Shown here in pieces: positions 1 through 12,102 of a DNA stretch of 43,062 nucleotides (position 1 is its first letter; the number at the start of each line of letters is the position of its first letter). The DNA is from Perkinsus olseni. Lineage: Eukaryota. Both the position numbers and the translations under genes were made by a program. The notes under the pieces were generated by a model that saw nothing but the letters and a program-made list of their open reading frames with translations, was not told the DNA's origin and did no database searches. Location of the stretch: the NCBI GenBank assembly GCA_013115125.1, contig JABANN010000282.1, positions 1-43,062 on the forward strand, read 5' to 3'.

Positions 1-689
1 TATATAGTGTTACATTGATATATGATATGTTTATGTATTTATGATAGTTTATTGAATATGTTTATAATAGAATACTCATGATACTCAGCCCGTCACACAG
101 CGAAAAGACAGAGACAATACACGTCCGATGGGGTCGGGTCTTCAACACCATGCAACCGAAGAATGCAACTTAAAAGGAACTCAGTGAGTTCAACTCACCT
201 CGGCTCCGATGGCAACCCCTCGCTGTGTGCCGCCACTGTGACAGTCTTCCAACCTTAGATTAGCGTTTGTTATTCTCACCTGACAAACACTGCTCGCTTC
301 ACTCGGTGAAAAGGGTTAGAGATGCAGACAGCTCCACCGTGAAATTATCATTCCCATACCTAGCACGTCGGAGGGGGCTAAGACCTACGCATTCTCTACG
401 ACGAAGCTGCTCGGATGGTCCCGAACTGCTCAAGGAGCTTTCTACTAGCTCGCACACTGAAGAGAGATAATCCCTAATATATCGACACACACCAGTGGTG
501 TGACACCATGATGAAAAATGCTAGGCATCAAGAGCAAGCCAAAACTAGATAACCAAACCATTGACCGGTTTATTGCAAAACCTTCGTGTATTGCATGCTT
601 TATGGAGGTCTTGCATCTCATGCAGCATGTGAGCTGCAGGACTCATGTCATCTAACGTGTCGATAAGTGTATAAGGACTTTACTTGTAA

Positions 690-1927
690 GTTCGCAAACA
701 AGCTAGACGCTATCCTCCACACGAGCGACTTGAAGTCGCCGACTTCGGCTTCTTGTCGTCCTGGGCCGACAGATGAAGGAAATCGAAAACTTCGAGCGCT
801 CTAGTTTTGTATCTGCTTAACAGATTCACACGGTCCCGCAATCAAAAAGAGACGCCTTAGAGTTTGAATCAGCTCTTACTTTTCCTTCAGTAGAATTTCC
901 CTCTGCTCGTCCCATTCGCTGGTGGCCCTGGTCCTCAGCACGATAATGATATCGTCGATCGCAACGATAGTTGGCTGAGACGCTAGAGATCTCCACGGAA
1001 TCTTAATGCTCAGGACGCCAACGTAACCTAAGAGGGCCTATCTTCAACCAAAGATACCGCCATTTGTATATAGAAGGCCATCAGTATCGTGGACTTTCTT
1101 ATACGACCAGGCAGGCGAAGTTCCACCAGCGTGAGTTAGACCGTCTAACTTAGACGAAATTCATGATCATACCGCAATCTCCGACGAGCGATGATTCTAC
1201 CATTCCCGTGGTCCCCACGAGCACCACTGATCTCGCTCGAAGTCAAGCCTCAAACTCGACAGGATAGGCGAAGTCTCCGACTGACGTCCCCCAACTCCTG
1301 TCGCGGTGATAGCTCTGCCCTCCAATGTAAGATGGACCCCGTTCCTCACAGGCTGTACGACTACGCAGTACTACTACCGACCGCCACGTATACTCACAGT
1401 AGTGCGGAACTCAGATAATGTCAGGCTAATAAATCAACGACAGAAAACCGAGTCACTGGGATTGACAAGAAGTCAAAGATATCCTGTTTGAGACGTAGTG
1501 CAGATAATGAAACCTGAAGAGGGAGAAATTAGCGAATTGAACATGTAGATAATTTTCCGCCCTTCCTGGCAATGCGGAAGGGGGAGAGGAGATTGTGACT
1601 CTCGGAAGTCCGCGAGGTTACCTCTCCTTTGTCCAAAGATGCTTTCAGCTGTGCTGGATCGACGTTATCAACGTAGCCGCTCAGAAAGTCCCGCAGGAAG
1701 GATACGCTGTACGAATTAGCGATACTAGACACTAGTCGGGTGAACATAATGACAAGGTTGAAAGACACTAAAGTAATGAGGGCGTTAGCAACTTCACCTG
1801 AGGCTATACTTGATGTTAATGACGAGAATAGAGTAGGGATATATCAACAAAATGCCGAGAAAATAACTCACCGATTGCACCAGCCGGTATAGTCCACACC
1901 GAGCAGTCAAAAGACCAGAGTGATCAT
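690..1927 (-). pseudogene. Probable degraded multi-exon gene, product unknown
   Basis: Minus-strand donors (gtgagt at ~1871 and ~1397, gtaacc at ~1621) flank coding-like segments (SVSFLRDFLSGYVDNVDPAQLKASLDKGE; ALRLKQDIFDFLSIPVTRF), but there are in-frame stops (MITLVF*; DLLA*HYL). No family recognised. Confidence 0.25.
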
Positions 1928-3500
1928 GCAGACGAGGAAACATTGAGGCAGCAATACCCTATCTTACCAAAGCCACTCTGAACCACTAGTGGCACAACAT
2001 CTCTGAAAACCAAATCGCGGAGATGACCCGATAAGATCCCCTAATCAGATCAGAGTCTAAGACCCAAGCTTTGAGTCGGGTGCAATCTGCACACACGATC
2101 AGGCGGGTCCCCAACAAGAACGCGATTTTCATCCATCGCTCGTTTGATGAATCGGAGTCTGGGTCAATAATGTTTCATCCACGCACAATGTCCGGGTTGC
2201 GCAGTGCAGCAAAACCTTCGTAGTCTGATGCCTCCGTATACCTTGTTTCCGTATAGCAATTAGTCTCAAATTTTCCCCCGCAGGACACTTACGAGCACAT
2301 AGTACCAATACATAGTATGATCATGTGTTAATAGCATCTTTACGATACTTGTAGGGCAAGAATGAATGATAGAAATTCGGCATTGCGGCGTCATGGTTGC
2401 ACGTTCAGGAGTCAGCCGCCGTTGTCGGCCGAACAGTGCCGGCTAAAGTGAAACCAAAGCATACTGGACTCAGGCGTTGTTTTCTGCCATTTTGCCCGAG
2501 CTCTCTCGGCGCTTGAGACCCTCGGAGCTACACCGCCCGCAGAAGCTACTAGTCAAATTCGGCTGGTAAAAACCAATATTACCACTGATCATATGGTTGC
2601 CCACGTTACCTCATCAGAGGCCGAGGCTTTGTTGTCAGATGCTCGTCATGTCGGCTCAAGTTCGCCTTCAATTGCCTTAGCGACGGAGCTTCGACCGCCG
2701 GTTCCACACCCGCCTGGCCCCTCGTTCCGACCTTCGCCATGCCTCGGCCTTGGTTCAGAATGTACATGAAGACTCTTTATTGAAGAACCATCATGAGGGT
2801 TGAGGCTGGTTATAGGGTCCCTTCGTAACGTAGGGCTCATCGTGATGAGGTGTTGGGGCAGGTTATAGGATCTCGCAATCGCGTGCGCTCCTTTGCTTTC
2901 TCTAGCGTGCTTCTATTTCGAGTCGAGTTTCGAGTGATCCTTGGACCTTGTGACAAACCAGGGGACCCACAGAGCTCTATTGTGACTCTACTGTTAGTCT
3001 GTTAGGTAAGAGTCGGTTAAGAGGAGTATAGGGGACTTACACGCGTGCGCACGGCGCGCTGGCCGATACTGTACTAATTGTTATTCCTAGCATCACGACT
3101 TCCTAGCGACTGCATGTGCTATCAAGACTATTTCCGCCCATACCGGCTGTTGATCATCTTCTACCTGATAACATACCGGTGAGGGGTAGTAATAATTTAT
3201 CTCCTTAGCAGTTCCGAGTCGACACTTTCGACTTACCGTTAATGAAATCTACCCGTGGCAAGGTTGGCCGTAAACGAGGGCGGCACGGAGCGGACGCACG
3301 GAACGAATCTCGATCCCTACGGCGGGTTTTGCGGAACTCTGGCGCTGTCGTTGATGCACATGAAATGCTAATACTGCAAAGCCTCATTCCATATGACCGG
3401 GCACATGTCACCGGCACAAGATAGCTGTCAAATCCTTCGACGATGACATATCTCTATGTTCATTGATCGACGCCTTTGAACCATTCAAGGTGGATGCCGC

Positions 3501-4531
3501 CAGGGTTTGGCCACTAGGAAAATGGGAAATTTTTCCCCAGGGAATTTCCGGGAAATATTTCCCTTGGGAAAAATCCCGGGTTTTTCCCTGGGAAATGATG
3601 TGTTTGGCCTTCCTAGGCAGTTTGTTGCTGCAATAGATACGCACGGTGGAAGAATGGATGGAGAGTGAGGCGATACCGGCGGCGATATGACAGCTGTGCT
3701 AGGTTTGAACTCATACGGTGCATCCGCGCGTGAATGAGTGCGGTACATATCCGCTTCTGGCACCTCTAGCGGGATGTACTGTGCTTCGGGAACACTGCTT
3801 CCTGATGATAATGAGGTATGAGCAAACTCTCGATGAGTTCACATTCCATCCGACTCGGTGGCTAACCGAGGTACTGAATGGCGTTGTCCTCCTCGAATGG
3901 GAGCCGGAACGTCGTTGTTCGTTGACTTCGAGCCCTTGAGCTGGGGTACATATCAGATTCTGACACCTCTAGCGAGCCATGCAATGCTTCCTGGTGACAG
4001 TGAGGTCTTAGCAATTATACCAAGTACAGCACGACGCATAATGAAAGCCTCCATTGAGCTATAGGAAAATTCTGGCTGAGTTCGCAGCCCGTCAAAATTG
4101 GAGGCTGGCCGAAGTACCGAACGGCACTCCCGAGGTATTGCTGGAACGCGGTTGTTTGTTGACTCCGATCCCTGGTACTGGGGTTACCCCAGTAGGGTAC
4201 ATATCCGATTTTGACACCTCTAGCAGGGCATATAGTGGTTCCTGGCGATAGTGACGTTACGTCACTATCGTCGTTACGTCACTGACGTACAGACAAACTG
4301 TCGATAACTTCGCCGTCCGGCCGACTCGGTGGCTAAGCGGGGTAGCTGACGGGATTGCCGAGCTTATATAGAAGTCAAAAGTTCCAGCTCGGCAGTCCCG
4401 ACCGGAGCTGGGGCACGTCCGGCACTGTTTCAGATTCACCGGAGTTTTTCCGGGAATTGGGAAAGGGAAATATCCGGGAAATTCCCTTTCCCGGAAATAC
4501 TCAGAGTTTTTCCCAGTTTGGGCAAACCCTG
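3501..4531. mobile_element. Non-autonomous hAT-like DNA transposon (1031 bp)
   Basis: Left end CAGGGTTTGGCCA (3501); right end reads CAGGGTTTGCCCA on the reverse strand (ends 4531). Exact 8-bp target-site duplication GATGCCGC at 3493-3500 and 4532-4539. GGGAAA/TTTCCC-rich subterminal zones at both ends; no transposase ORF. 8-bp TSD with CAG termini is typical of hAT. Confidence 0.88.
3742..4336 (+). repeat. Degenerate ~200-250 bp internal tandem units within the hAT-like element
   Basis: GGTACATATC-N9-CACCTCTAGC recurs at 3742, 3945 and 4196; CCGACTCGGTGGCTAA is exact at 3850 and 4321. Confidence 0.75.
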
Positions 4532-5821
4532 GATGCCGCTTCATTCGGTTATCTGACGTATTTTCTACTCCGCCTAAGCAACGCGGATGGTAAGCGCTGG
4601 CGCTTGCAATACTACTTATTATACCACTTCCTGTCGTTAATACTTCCTATCTTTCGTGGACGGGGAGCGGAACACCCCGGCTGTTGTGTCTACTTACTTG
4701 TGTCCTCCGAGAAGCCATCGTAGTCATCTATTCGGCAGACAGCTCGTCTTACGCGCAACGCAGCCCACGGGCTCCTCGGTCTACTTCCTGATTTTCGAAC
4801 CTATAAGGGCGCAGAACCCCACTACTCGAGCTCTGTCACGAGAATCCGAAGACGCACCGCGTCTGACGCAGTGATCTGGCTGTCTCTGTGACGAATAAAA
4901 AGCTCAAAACCGAGAATGACTTCTTAGCAGCGCTTGCGAGGAAGTCAACGTGAAGAGCTTTCTCATCAACTACCGAGAATCTCCGTCGGTGATGTCCCAT
5001 TCTACCTTCCAACCGCCTCTGAAACACACAGAAATCTCGTGCTGTTGCTCTAAAACTTAGAGTCTAAGTCGAGTTGAGGCATAGCGAGCGTGAAACCGGC
5101 GCCGAAATGACGAAGATGGTAAAGCAGGAATACTTAGCCGCATTCAGCTCTATTCGGTTCGATGAGATAGACACACTTATCGTGGAACGACGGAGATTAT
5201 CGCGGAACCCGGGGTGCGGACCCATGGTGGCGCGACGGGAAAGAATACTAATACTTTCAGAAGAGCATGCGATGCACCTGCAGAACTCCGTCTCCGGCGG
5301 TTCACAGTTCGTTCGTCAACCGCACCCGTATCTTGATGATCCCCGCCGTCCGAATCGAGTAGTTGGCGGGAACAACACTGTGGCAATAACCGCGTTGCGG
5401 CTGGTATTTGAACTGTAGTGCAGTTTGAATATCAGAGCATAGGACATATGCCATACGTTCATGGAGAGACGAGGGGTCAACCGTCTCGCCTCTCGCAAAG
5501 CCGACTCTCAGAGACCTCACAATCCACTGGGTAACAGAAATCAACGGTTTTGACTCGAAACTTTTGCAGCCCCGGTCCGGTCCAAACTGATATCACTCTG
5601 AAGCTAGGAGCGTGTCACCCAAGGGCGACCCGGTGCTCCTCGGCATTAAACAGATTGACTAAAACACAACTACAGTTCCAGTTGACCTCAATCTTACAAT
5701 ACTTGACACTAATTTAAGAGCGCGTACCAGATCCCGCCGAAATGCAATTGCAATCGAAGAGGCAATCAGCACCAAAATCCCATCGCTCTCATCAAATTCC
5801 GAGGAAAAACCTCCCGGACCG

Positions 5822-7981
5822 TCAAGGGATGACATACTCGCTGAACGAGCTCGTAGAAGAGTCACTATCGGCACTCGTGCCTTTAAGCGGCAGTCGGCCG
5901 CCCTCAGGTTCACTCTTGCTCCATGGGAACCAAGCCCGGAACGAGCTCACCAAAGATGCGAGAGGCTCCCCACGAGCTTTGTCGTATCCTGCATGCTCAA
6001 CCTCAGGATATCTTTGTCGGATCCGCAACTCGCCATCTTCTCCCATTTTGACCTCTGAGGATCTATCACAAGTAACATCCAATGCCAGCTGATCCAGCAA
6101 ACTCTCCTGCACACTCCGGAATCCAAAATCGATCAGATCAATCACCCGACCGCAATCATCAAACTTTATCCGCCCACACAAGGTCCGCAGTGACCGCAGA
6201 AATTCTTCCTCGGTGGACATGGCGAGTAGGTGCTCCTCGGAAATTTTCAAAAACGCTAGAGCGGCTCGGATGATTACACCCCAACCATCACAGACAAATC
6301 GGTCCCATATTTCCAAAAGCAATTTAGATCGCGGCGTCCCGGCGTCACACGGCCCCAAGTCGTAGGAAAAGATAGTCATAAACCAATGAGTAGCATAAAA
6401 TTTCGCACCCACTTTATACGTTTGCATCAAACGATTTAACTCGGGGGAAAACGCTCCGACAAGGCGGTCCAACTGGTAGGCCATTATTCGCAATCGTGGC
6501 AGAGTAGGCAGATACATATCGATCATTCGAAATCGGTAATCCGCCAGAAGAGCATCCAAAATGTAGAAGGTCGCTCCGAGATCCCCATGGATCAACCAAA
6601 GATGCGCCGCCACGAAATTGATACCCTGGCAGTAGCCCATAGAGGGATGCTTGTTCGCAATTGCGCGTAAAATCTTGAAGAGTGCCGGTGGCAAATCTGG
6701 TCGGCCCGGGTGCGTCCGGTGGATATCACGAGAGATAGAATCGTCACACATTGAGTTGGGCTTGGCAGCGAGAGCGTCGAACTCCGCCCGATCGTTCCGC
6801 CCCACCGACTGGAGAATGACCGATCGGTAAATAGACCTTCGCAAGGTCCATGGAATGTGAATTGAGGGACTTCGACGTCTCAGCAGCTCCGCGACGAGCG
6901 CACCTGAGCGAGATGAAATGAAATCTTATAATAATGATACGGGAAAATTGAAGAACGCATTCCGCACTCTACATCGCGAAACTCACATTTGGCAGGTCGA
7001 AACGCGTGAAACAGGAACAAACAGGGGCGTTTTCCAGTCACGGTTCAAAAGGCGAAGTAAAATCGAACTTCGCGTATCACGGGGGGAACTCTAATGTAAT
7101 ATTGAATTACAAGTCATAATGTAATACCAAAATTGCATACAACTGTTTGTACCACACTGTGACATAGCCTTCATGAAACGTGCATGACGGAGCTCCCGTC
7201 GTCGGACAGAAAACGGTAGCGCAAGGGCACCCTACTTTCTAACCTTCTTTCTAATTTTTACGCTGGAAATTTTCCATTCCGCAATTCGCATGGGCGAGTA
7301 GAGAATGAAACACCAGTAACACTCCGAACTCGATTTCTGGTTGGACATTTAATCTGTTTTTAGTAGAATTTTTTAAAGAGCGCCCATGCTATTCGATAGA
7401 CAGTCGTAGTACTAGTCGCTTTTACTAAAAACCCACGGGTTGGCGCAAATTTCCCATGGCCGGCGACTGGTGTAAAACGTGCAAAAAAATTATGTCTCCG
7501 TCACTATGTCTGTCATTATGTCTGTCTCGGTGCAAAAATTGCCGCTTACGGCGTGAAAATCGAAAAAAATAGAGAAAAACGAGAAATAAAGCGAGGAGTA
7601 GCATACGAGAAGTGCTGTTACTAAGGTAGCGGAAATAGCGATATTTTCACTAGGACTTTTCACACCGCCGGTGAAACTCCAATGACAGAAAGTTAAAAAT
7701 TACTATTACTCAAGCGAATCATCAGACACAACAATAGTCTTATACTACAACCAGCAGCCTCTGGTCTCACAACAGCCCTAGCCGCCCTTATTATTACTCG
7801 ATCGACTCTGCAGGTACCACTGTACGCACACCAGTCCGGCGTTCGGCAGATCATCACAAACATCGAGATAGGTCACCACAGGAGTATCCACGAAGCACAG
7901 CATACCGCTCTTCCTTTCCTGATCGTTCGGCTCTTTTTCTGGTGGCTCACATTGGTATGATGGCGGTGTAGAAGAGGCCAT
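5822..7981 (-). CDS. TBC-domain Rab GTPase-activating protein (multi-exon; large terminal exon 6903-5822)
   Basis: ISRDIHRT (IxxDxxR arginine finger), GYCQGINF (YxQ glutamine finger), FYATHWFMTIF and LLEIWDRF motifs. Acceptor ctcgctcag before 6903 opens the frame (ALVAELLRRRSPSIHIPWTLRRSIY). Upstream exons (~7231-7155 and ATG 7981) are tentative. Confidence 0.88.
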
Positions 7982-8118
7982 AACGGTTAGATTAAACGCG
8001 GCACTTTGCCTCGGCGATTATGATGTTGCGTCAATATATCCGGTTTTGTAACGGTTTTACTCGCGTTTAAACACTCAAATTGAGTTCGCGTCCCGTTGTG
8101 GTTCAGCATTCCCTATTA
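7982..8118. promoter_or_regulatory. Putative compact bidirectional promoter between the TBC gene and EMG1
   Basis: Only 137 bp separates the candidate minus-strand ATG (7981) from the EMG1 ATG (8119). Depends on the tentative TBC first exon. Confidence 0.35.
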
Positions 8119-10532
8119 ATGTCAGCTGTGAAGCGTGCTCGTACTGAGGAGCGGTCCAGCAGTCGGAGTGATGCTCTAGTTGGGCATACTGTGGACGAAG
8201 CGAAGGCTCTCATACCCCGCACGCCTGAAGAGAAGACTACAGGACAGAGGCTCGTTGTGGTAGTACGGATGGAAGAAATCGAAAAGGGTTTGCCTCTCAC
8301 AAAGTTGCGTGATATATCGTATCGTTAGTTGTGAAAACTGGTGTCGGGAGGAAAGGTTCCGTAGTATACGGACTTTGTATTAACTCACAGTCATGGAAAT
8401 TGCATGAACGGTTGATATATCATCTTACATTATTCGCCTCGTTCGCTCTTTCACGGTAGGAGAAAAACAATACATAAAACGGTAGGTTTCCGATACCAAT
8501 TTCGTTCCAAAATATCCTCTCTACTTGTCGTAAAAAGTAGTGAAACTTTGATACGTGTATGAAGATAGCACGACAAATATGCTCAAAATGGCAAACCCCG
8601 GTGGCTTTCCTTTCGGCCATCAAATCCTTATCACTGTGTAAGGCCCCCCCCTTAACATCTTTTAACCATGTGAAATCGCCGTGCTTGTCGCGTTATTTCC
8701 TATTGATTGCTTGTATAGTCGTCATGCAAAGGGGTAGTAGAGATATTGCAGAGCAATCATCTCTCCATCGGGAAGGTTATGTTCCAGTTTTACCCGCTGC
8801 AGTTGCCAATTGTAGTGACCACCACTGCGATTTATTACACCGAAATTTCCCAAATAATTTCCTCAAAAAACCTCGAAGGTTTCCAAAATGAGGGAAAAAC
8901 ATTTCTCCTCTCTCGCGAGGGCGTGGTATCTTAGCTCGACCCATACGCGTTGTAAAATTTGTCCTCTCGTGTAGAACACCAGCGGAACGAAGCCGGATGC
9001 CGAGATTCTGACGAGCCCTTCGTTGTCTCCTAGGTGCTCGAAAAAGCCGCTTTAGAGGTTGTCCAAGTGAAGGGGAAGTATGAGCTGTTGAACAGCGATG
9101 ACCATAAAAATATCTTGGCGAAGTCGGGGAAGGACATATCGTCTTATCGGCCGGACATCACTCATCAGTGTTTGATGATGTTATTGGATAGCCCCTTAAA
9201 TAAGGCCGGCAAGTTACTCATATACGTGCACACTATGAATAATGTAATACTGTGGGAGGTGAGAGGTGGAATCATGTGCGGAATTAGCCGAGTCGTCGAG
9301 CAGCAGAGCTGAGACCAAGAGGGTGTGGGTTCTATTCCCGCAATGTATTGCTAAGATTCGCCGCGAGAATTCCCCGAGCTCGCTGGGCGGACTGTTGGGC
9401 TCATCGAGGGGAGTAGCGAACTCTGTTCTGATATTAGCGCCAAAAATTCCGAAATTCCCGCCAATCCTCCTGCGAGGCATTGTGTGATGCAACGCTTTTG
9501 TGGGTGTCACGATTTGTTCTCTTTTACATGTTGCTGATTATTGGGTGATACAGAAAGTCGCAATTTAGGTCCTCATCGAGGTCAGCCCTGCCTTAAGGAT
9601 GCCCCGAACCTTCAAAAGATTCTCTGGTTTGATCGTCGAGCTCCTCAACAAAAACAAGATACGCGCAGCCAACAGTAGTATCTGGAATCTTCGCTGTGCG
9701 CGGCTTACGCTGTGGTATCTTTGTTCAGGTAGTGAGATTCTCATGAAGGTCATCGCCAATCCCGTCCAGAAGTATCTTCCGGCGGGCGGGATTAAGTGTG
9801 GCTTGTCAGTCGATGGTCGCCTCCTCACATGTAATTATCCATGCCTGCCAGCTTTGGGAATCTTAGGTCGCTGCAGGTCCACAATGGTTGAAGTCACACG
9901 ACGAGACTAAAGATTCCAAGGGACGTTGTCTTATCGATACTGTGCCTGTTACTGTAGTCATTGGTGCTGTTGCTCATGGAGAGCCCTGCTCGGTAATGGA
10001 GAGGCTGGCTGCATTTTTGGTTGTTTGAATTCGCCGTAGGGTTTCACTATATAATTTTCGTGACATTTGTAAGATGATAAAGTGGCTACACATGAAGGAC
10101 TTGGTTGTGGTGGTGTCTCGATATCTGAAAACGAACAGGAACCAAAATGTTGTTATTTACAACGGAACTGTCCTACAGTTATCTTGAGTGTGGGAGATTT
10201 CCTGTGCGCGCTGGAAAAGTCTGATGGGACGGTGTGCAACAAACCGTCATGCGAATCGCAAAAAATTTGGTTCACTTGACGTCGTGCGCCTGACGTTTAA
10301 AATTATCTGAGTCCGCACATATCGGAAACCTGATAGGACAGGTTGTGACGAGCCCGAGTTAATTCTGGGATGCCTTTCGTGTATCACGTCATCACCGTCT
10401 TTCATTCAGGAGCCTCGGTTTGGTGCTGATTACGTCGAGGAGACGATCGCCATCTCGAATCACGGTCTGAGTGCTGCCATCTGTTGCGCTAAGCTGACCT
10501 GTGCCTTGGAGGATCGTTGGGGCGTCATCTAA
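8119..10532 (+). CDS. EMG1: 18S rRNA pseudouridine N1-methyltransferase EMG1/NEP1 (6 exons)
   Basis: Exons 8119-8259, 9034-9243, 9569-~9674, 9729-9830, 9877-9992 and 10410-10532 join at GT-AG sites in consistent phase. They give RLVVVLEKA, YELLNSDDH, RPDITHQCLMMLLDSPLNKAGKL, NVLIEVSPALRMPRTFKRFSGL, VIGAVAHG and ISNHGLSAAICCAKL..EDRWGVI*, all hallmark EMG1 motifs. Confidence 0.96.
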
Positions 10533-10849
10533 GGCAGCAACGTAAACTACGTTTTACTACCACTTCTTCGCATGGAGAATCTGTTGGGTTTATAGTGGCC
10601 GTCGATCGTCAGCCTCGGCGAGAGGACCCATTCGCAGTTGTATGGGTTACTGTTAACGAGGAGTGCTCCGCCCTCTCTTTGGGTTGCCAGACATTGACTG
10701 AACCCAGCGATGGGAGAACGTCTGCGGACTGATTTATACCAACCTCTTCAAAACTGAACGCACAACAACCAACCGGTGTAGCCATAGCTAGAAGAGTGCA
10801 CGCATGCACACTGAGATTGGGAGATAGACAACATTCGGACAGGTGTGTG

Positions 10850-11043
10850 TGAGTTCAAAGTTCAACGCCTACGACAGTACGGCTTAGTTAGACTAGCACC
10901 GCCGACGTAGCAACCATGTGTAGAAAATAAGTCATCTAAATGACTTATTTCAGCACAGACTGCATGGTCCAGTCGAAAACTTCAGTATGATTTGTATGAG
11001 TTTAAAGTCCAACGCCTACGGCAGTACGGCTTAGTTGGACTAG
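10850..11043 (+). repeat. Pair of 47-bp direct repeats flanking a 100-bp spacer that contains a hairpin
   Basis: 10850-10896 and 10997-11043 match at 43/47 (4 transitions). Spacer contains AAATAAGTCAT-ctaa-ATGACTTATTT (10925-10950). Confidence 0.8.
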
Positions 11044-11432
11044 TACTGATGTACCATCTGAGGTGGATTAGTTCAGCCTGTTAAAGAGGCTCTCTTCATC
11101 AAGCCGAAAAGGGTTGCTCTCGGAGCGAGGTCATCGCCAGCTGGGAACGTCCTTTCCTCCCGCTTCCACTACATCGGGGCATTCATCCAACAAACTCAGC
11201 CGTCTAACTCGACTGATTGGGTGAGAGAAGTGCTGATCAACGGCGAGGGGCGATGGCAGAATTTGAGGGTCCAGTCATAGCCATACAGTCTGTAAGGAAA
11301 GAATGCGAGATGCAAAAACGAGGCCTCATTTCACGTGCGGTATAGTGGATTCATTATCGCATGAGTAATGCCTTATACGACCATCATTTCACCAGTCTCT
11401 CGAATTCCCTCGTGGTCATTCACCCAGCATAA

Positions 11433-11660
11433 AGAGAGAGAGCATAAAACTGCAGCCGTTGCTGTTGTTATTGTCTTTTAACAACGTGTCCAGTACAACG
11501 CAATGGCATGAGCAGTTTGCGGTCACTTTTTCAGAGAGCATTGATACAGTGGCCACCAAGCTAACGGGCGGACTAGTAGGAAGTTGAAGGTAACATACAA
11601 TCATAACGATGGTAGAAGGTCCCCAAGAGCCAAACTGTAGTCCAAGTGAGTTCGCGCACG
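11433..11660 (-). repeat. Degenerate duplicate of the 3' end and downstream region of the Mei2-like gene (11787-12158)
   Basis: Collinear shared blocks: AGAGAGAGAGCATAAAACTGC, TTTTCAGAGAGCATTGATACAG, GGCGGACTAGTAGGA and GTAGAAGGTCCCCAAG.GCCA.ACTGTAGTCCAAGTG; the last lies in the gene's final codons. Confidence 0.8.
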
Positions 11661-12102
11661 AGTAGCTACAACAACTACACCCCATCCGACCATAATTTCA
11701 CTGTTCTCTCGAGTTCGTGTAGACTCGGACGGCGCCCTTCCTCAATGCCACTCGAATAACGCAACCACTGCCATCATCCACGATACAGAGAGAGAGCATA
11801 AAACTGCTGCCGTTGTTGTTACTTTAACAGCGGCACTACCACGTCCAATGTACCACAATAATACGAGCAATTTGCGATAGCTTTTCAGAGAGCATTGATA
11901 CAGCACCCACTACTGTCGCAGAGTGGGCGGGCGGCGGACTAGTAGGAGTAAGTTCATCCTGATAACAACGAAGTTGAAGATCATCTCATGGGGCCAGAGC
12001 ACACCTTATAGGAGATGTTGCCGAAGTTAACGGCAGCTGTCTAATATCTTACCGAAGCAGCACCGAAAAATGGCGAGAAACAAAATAATAGAATGAACGC
12101 GA

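Noticed and set aside
1..97. Possible LTR terminus (..CCCGTCACA); similarly TGTGAC at 2949
   Set aside because: No partner terminus, TSD, PBS or gag/pol sequence was identifiable in the window.
5074..5418. 114-aa plus-strand ORF
   Set aside because: No recognisable domain or consistent exon chain.
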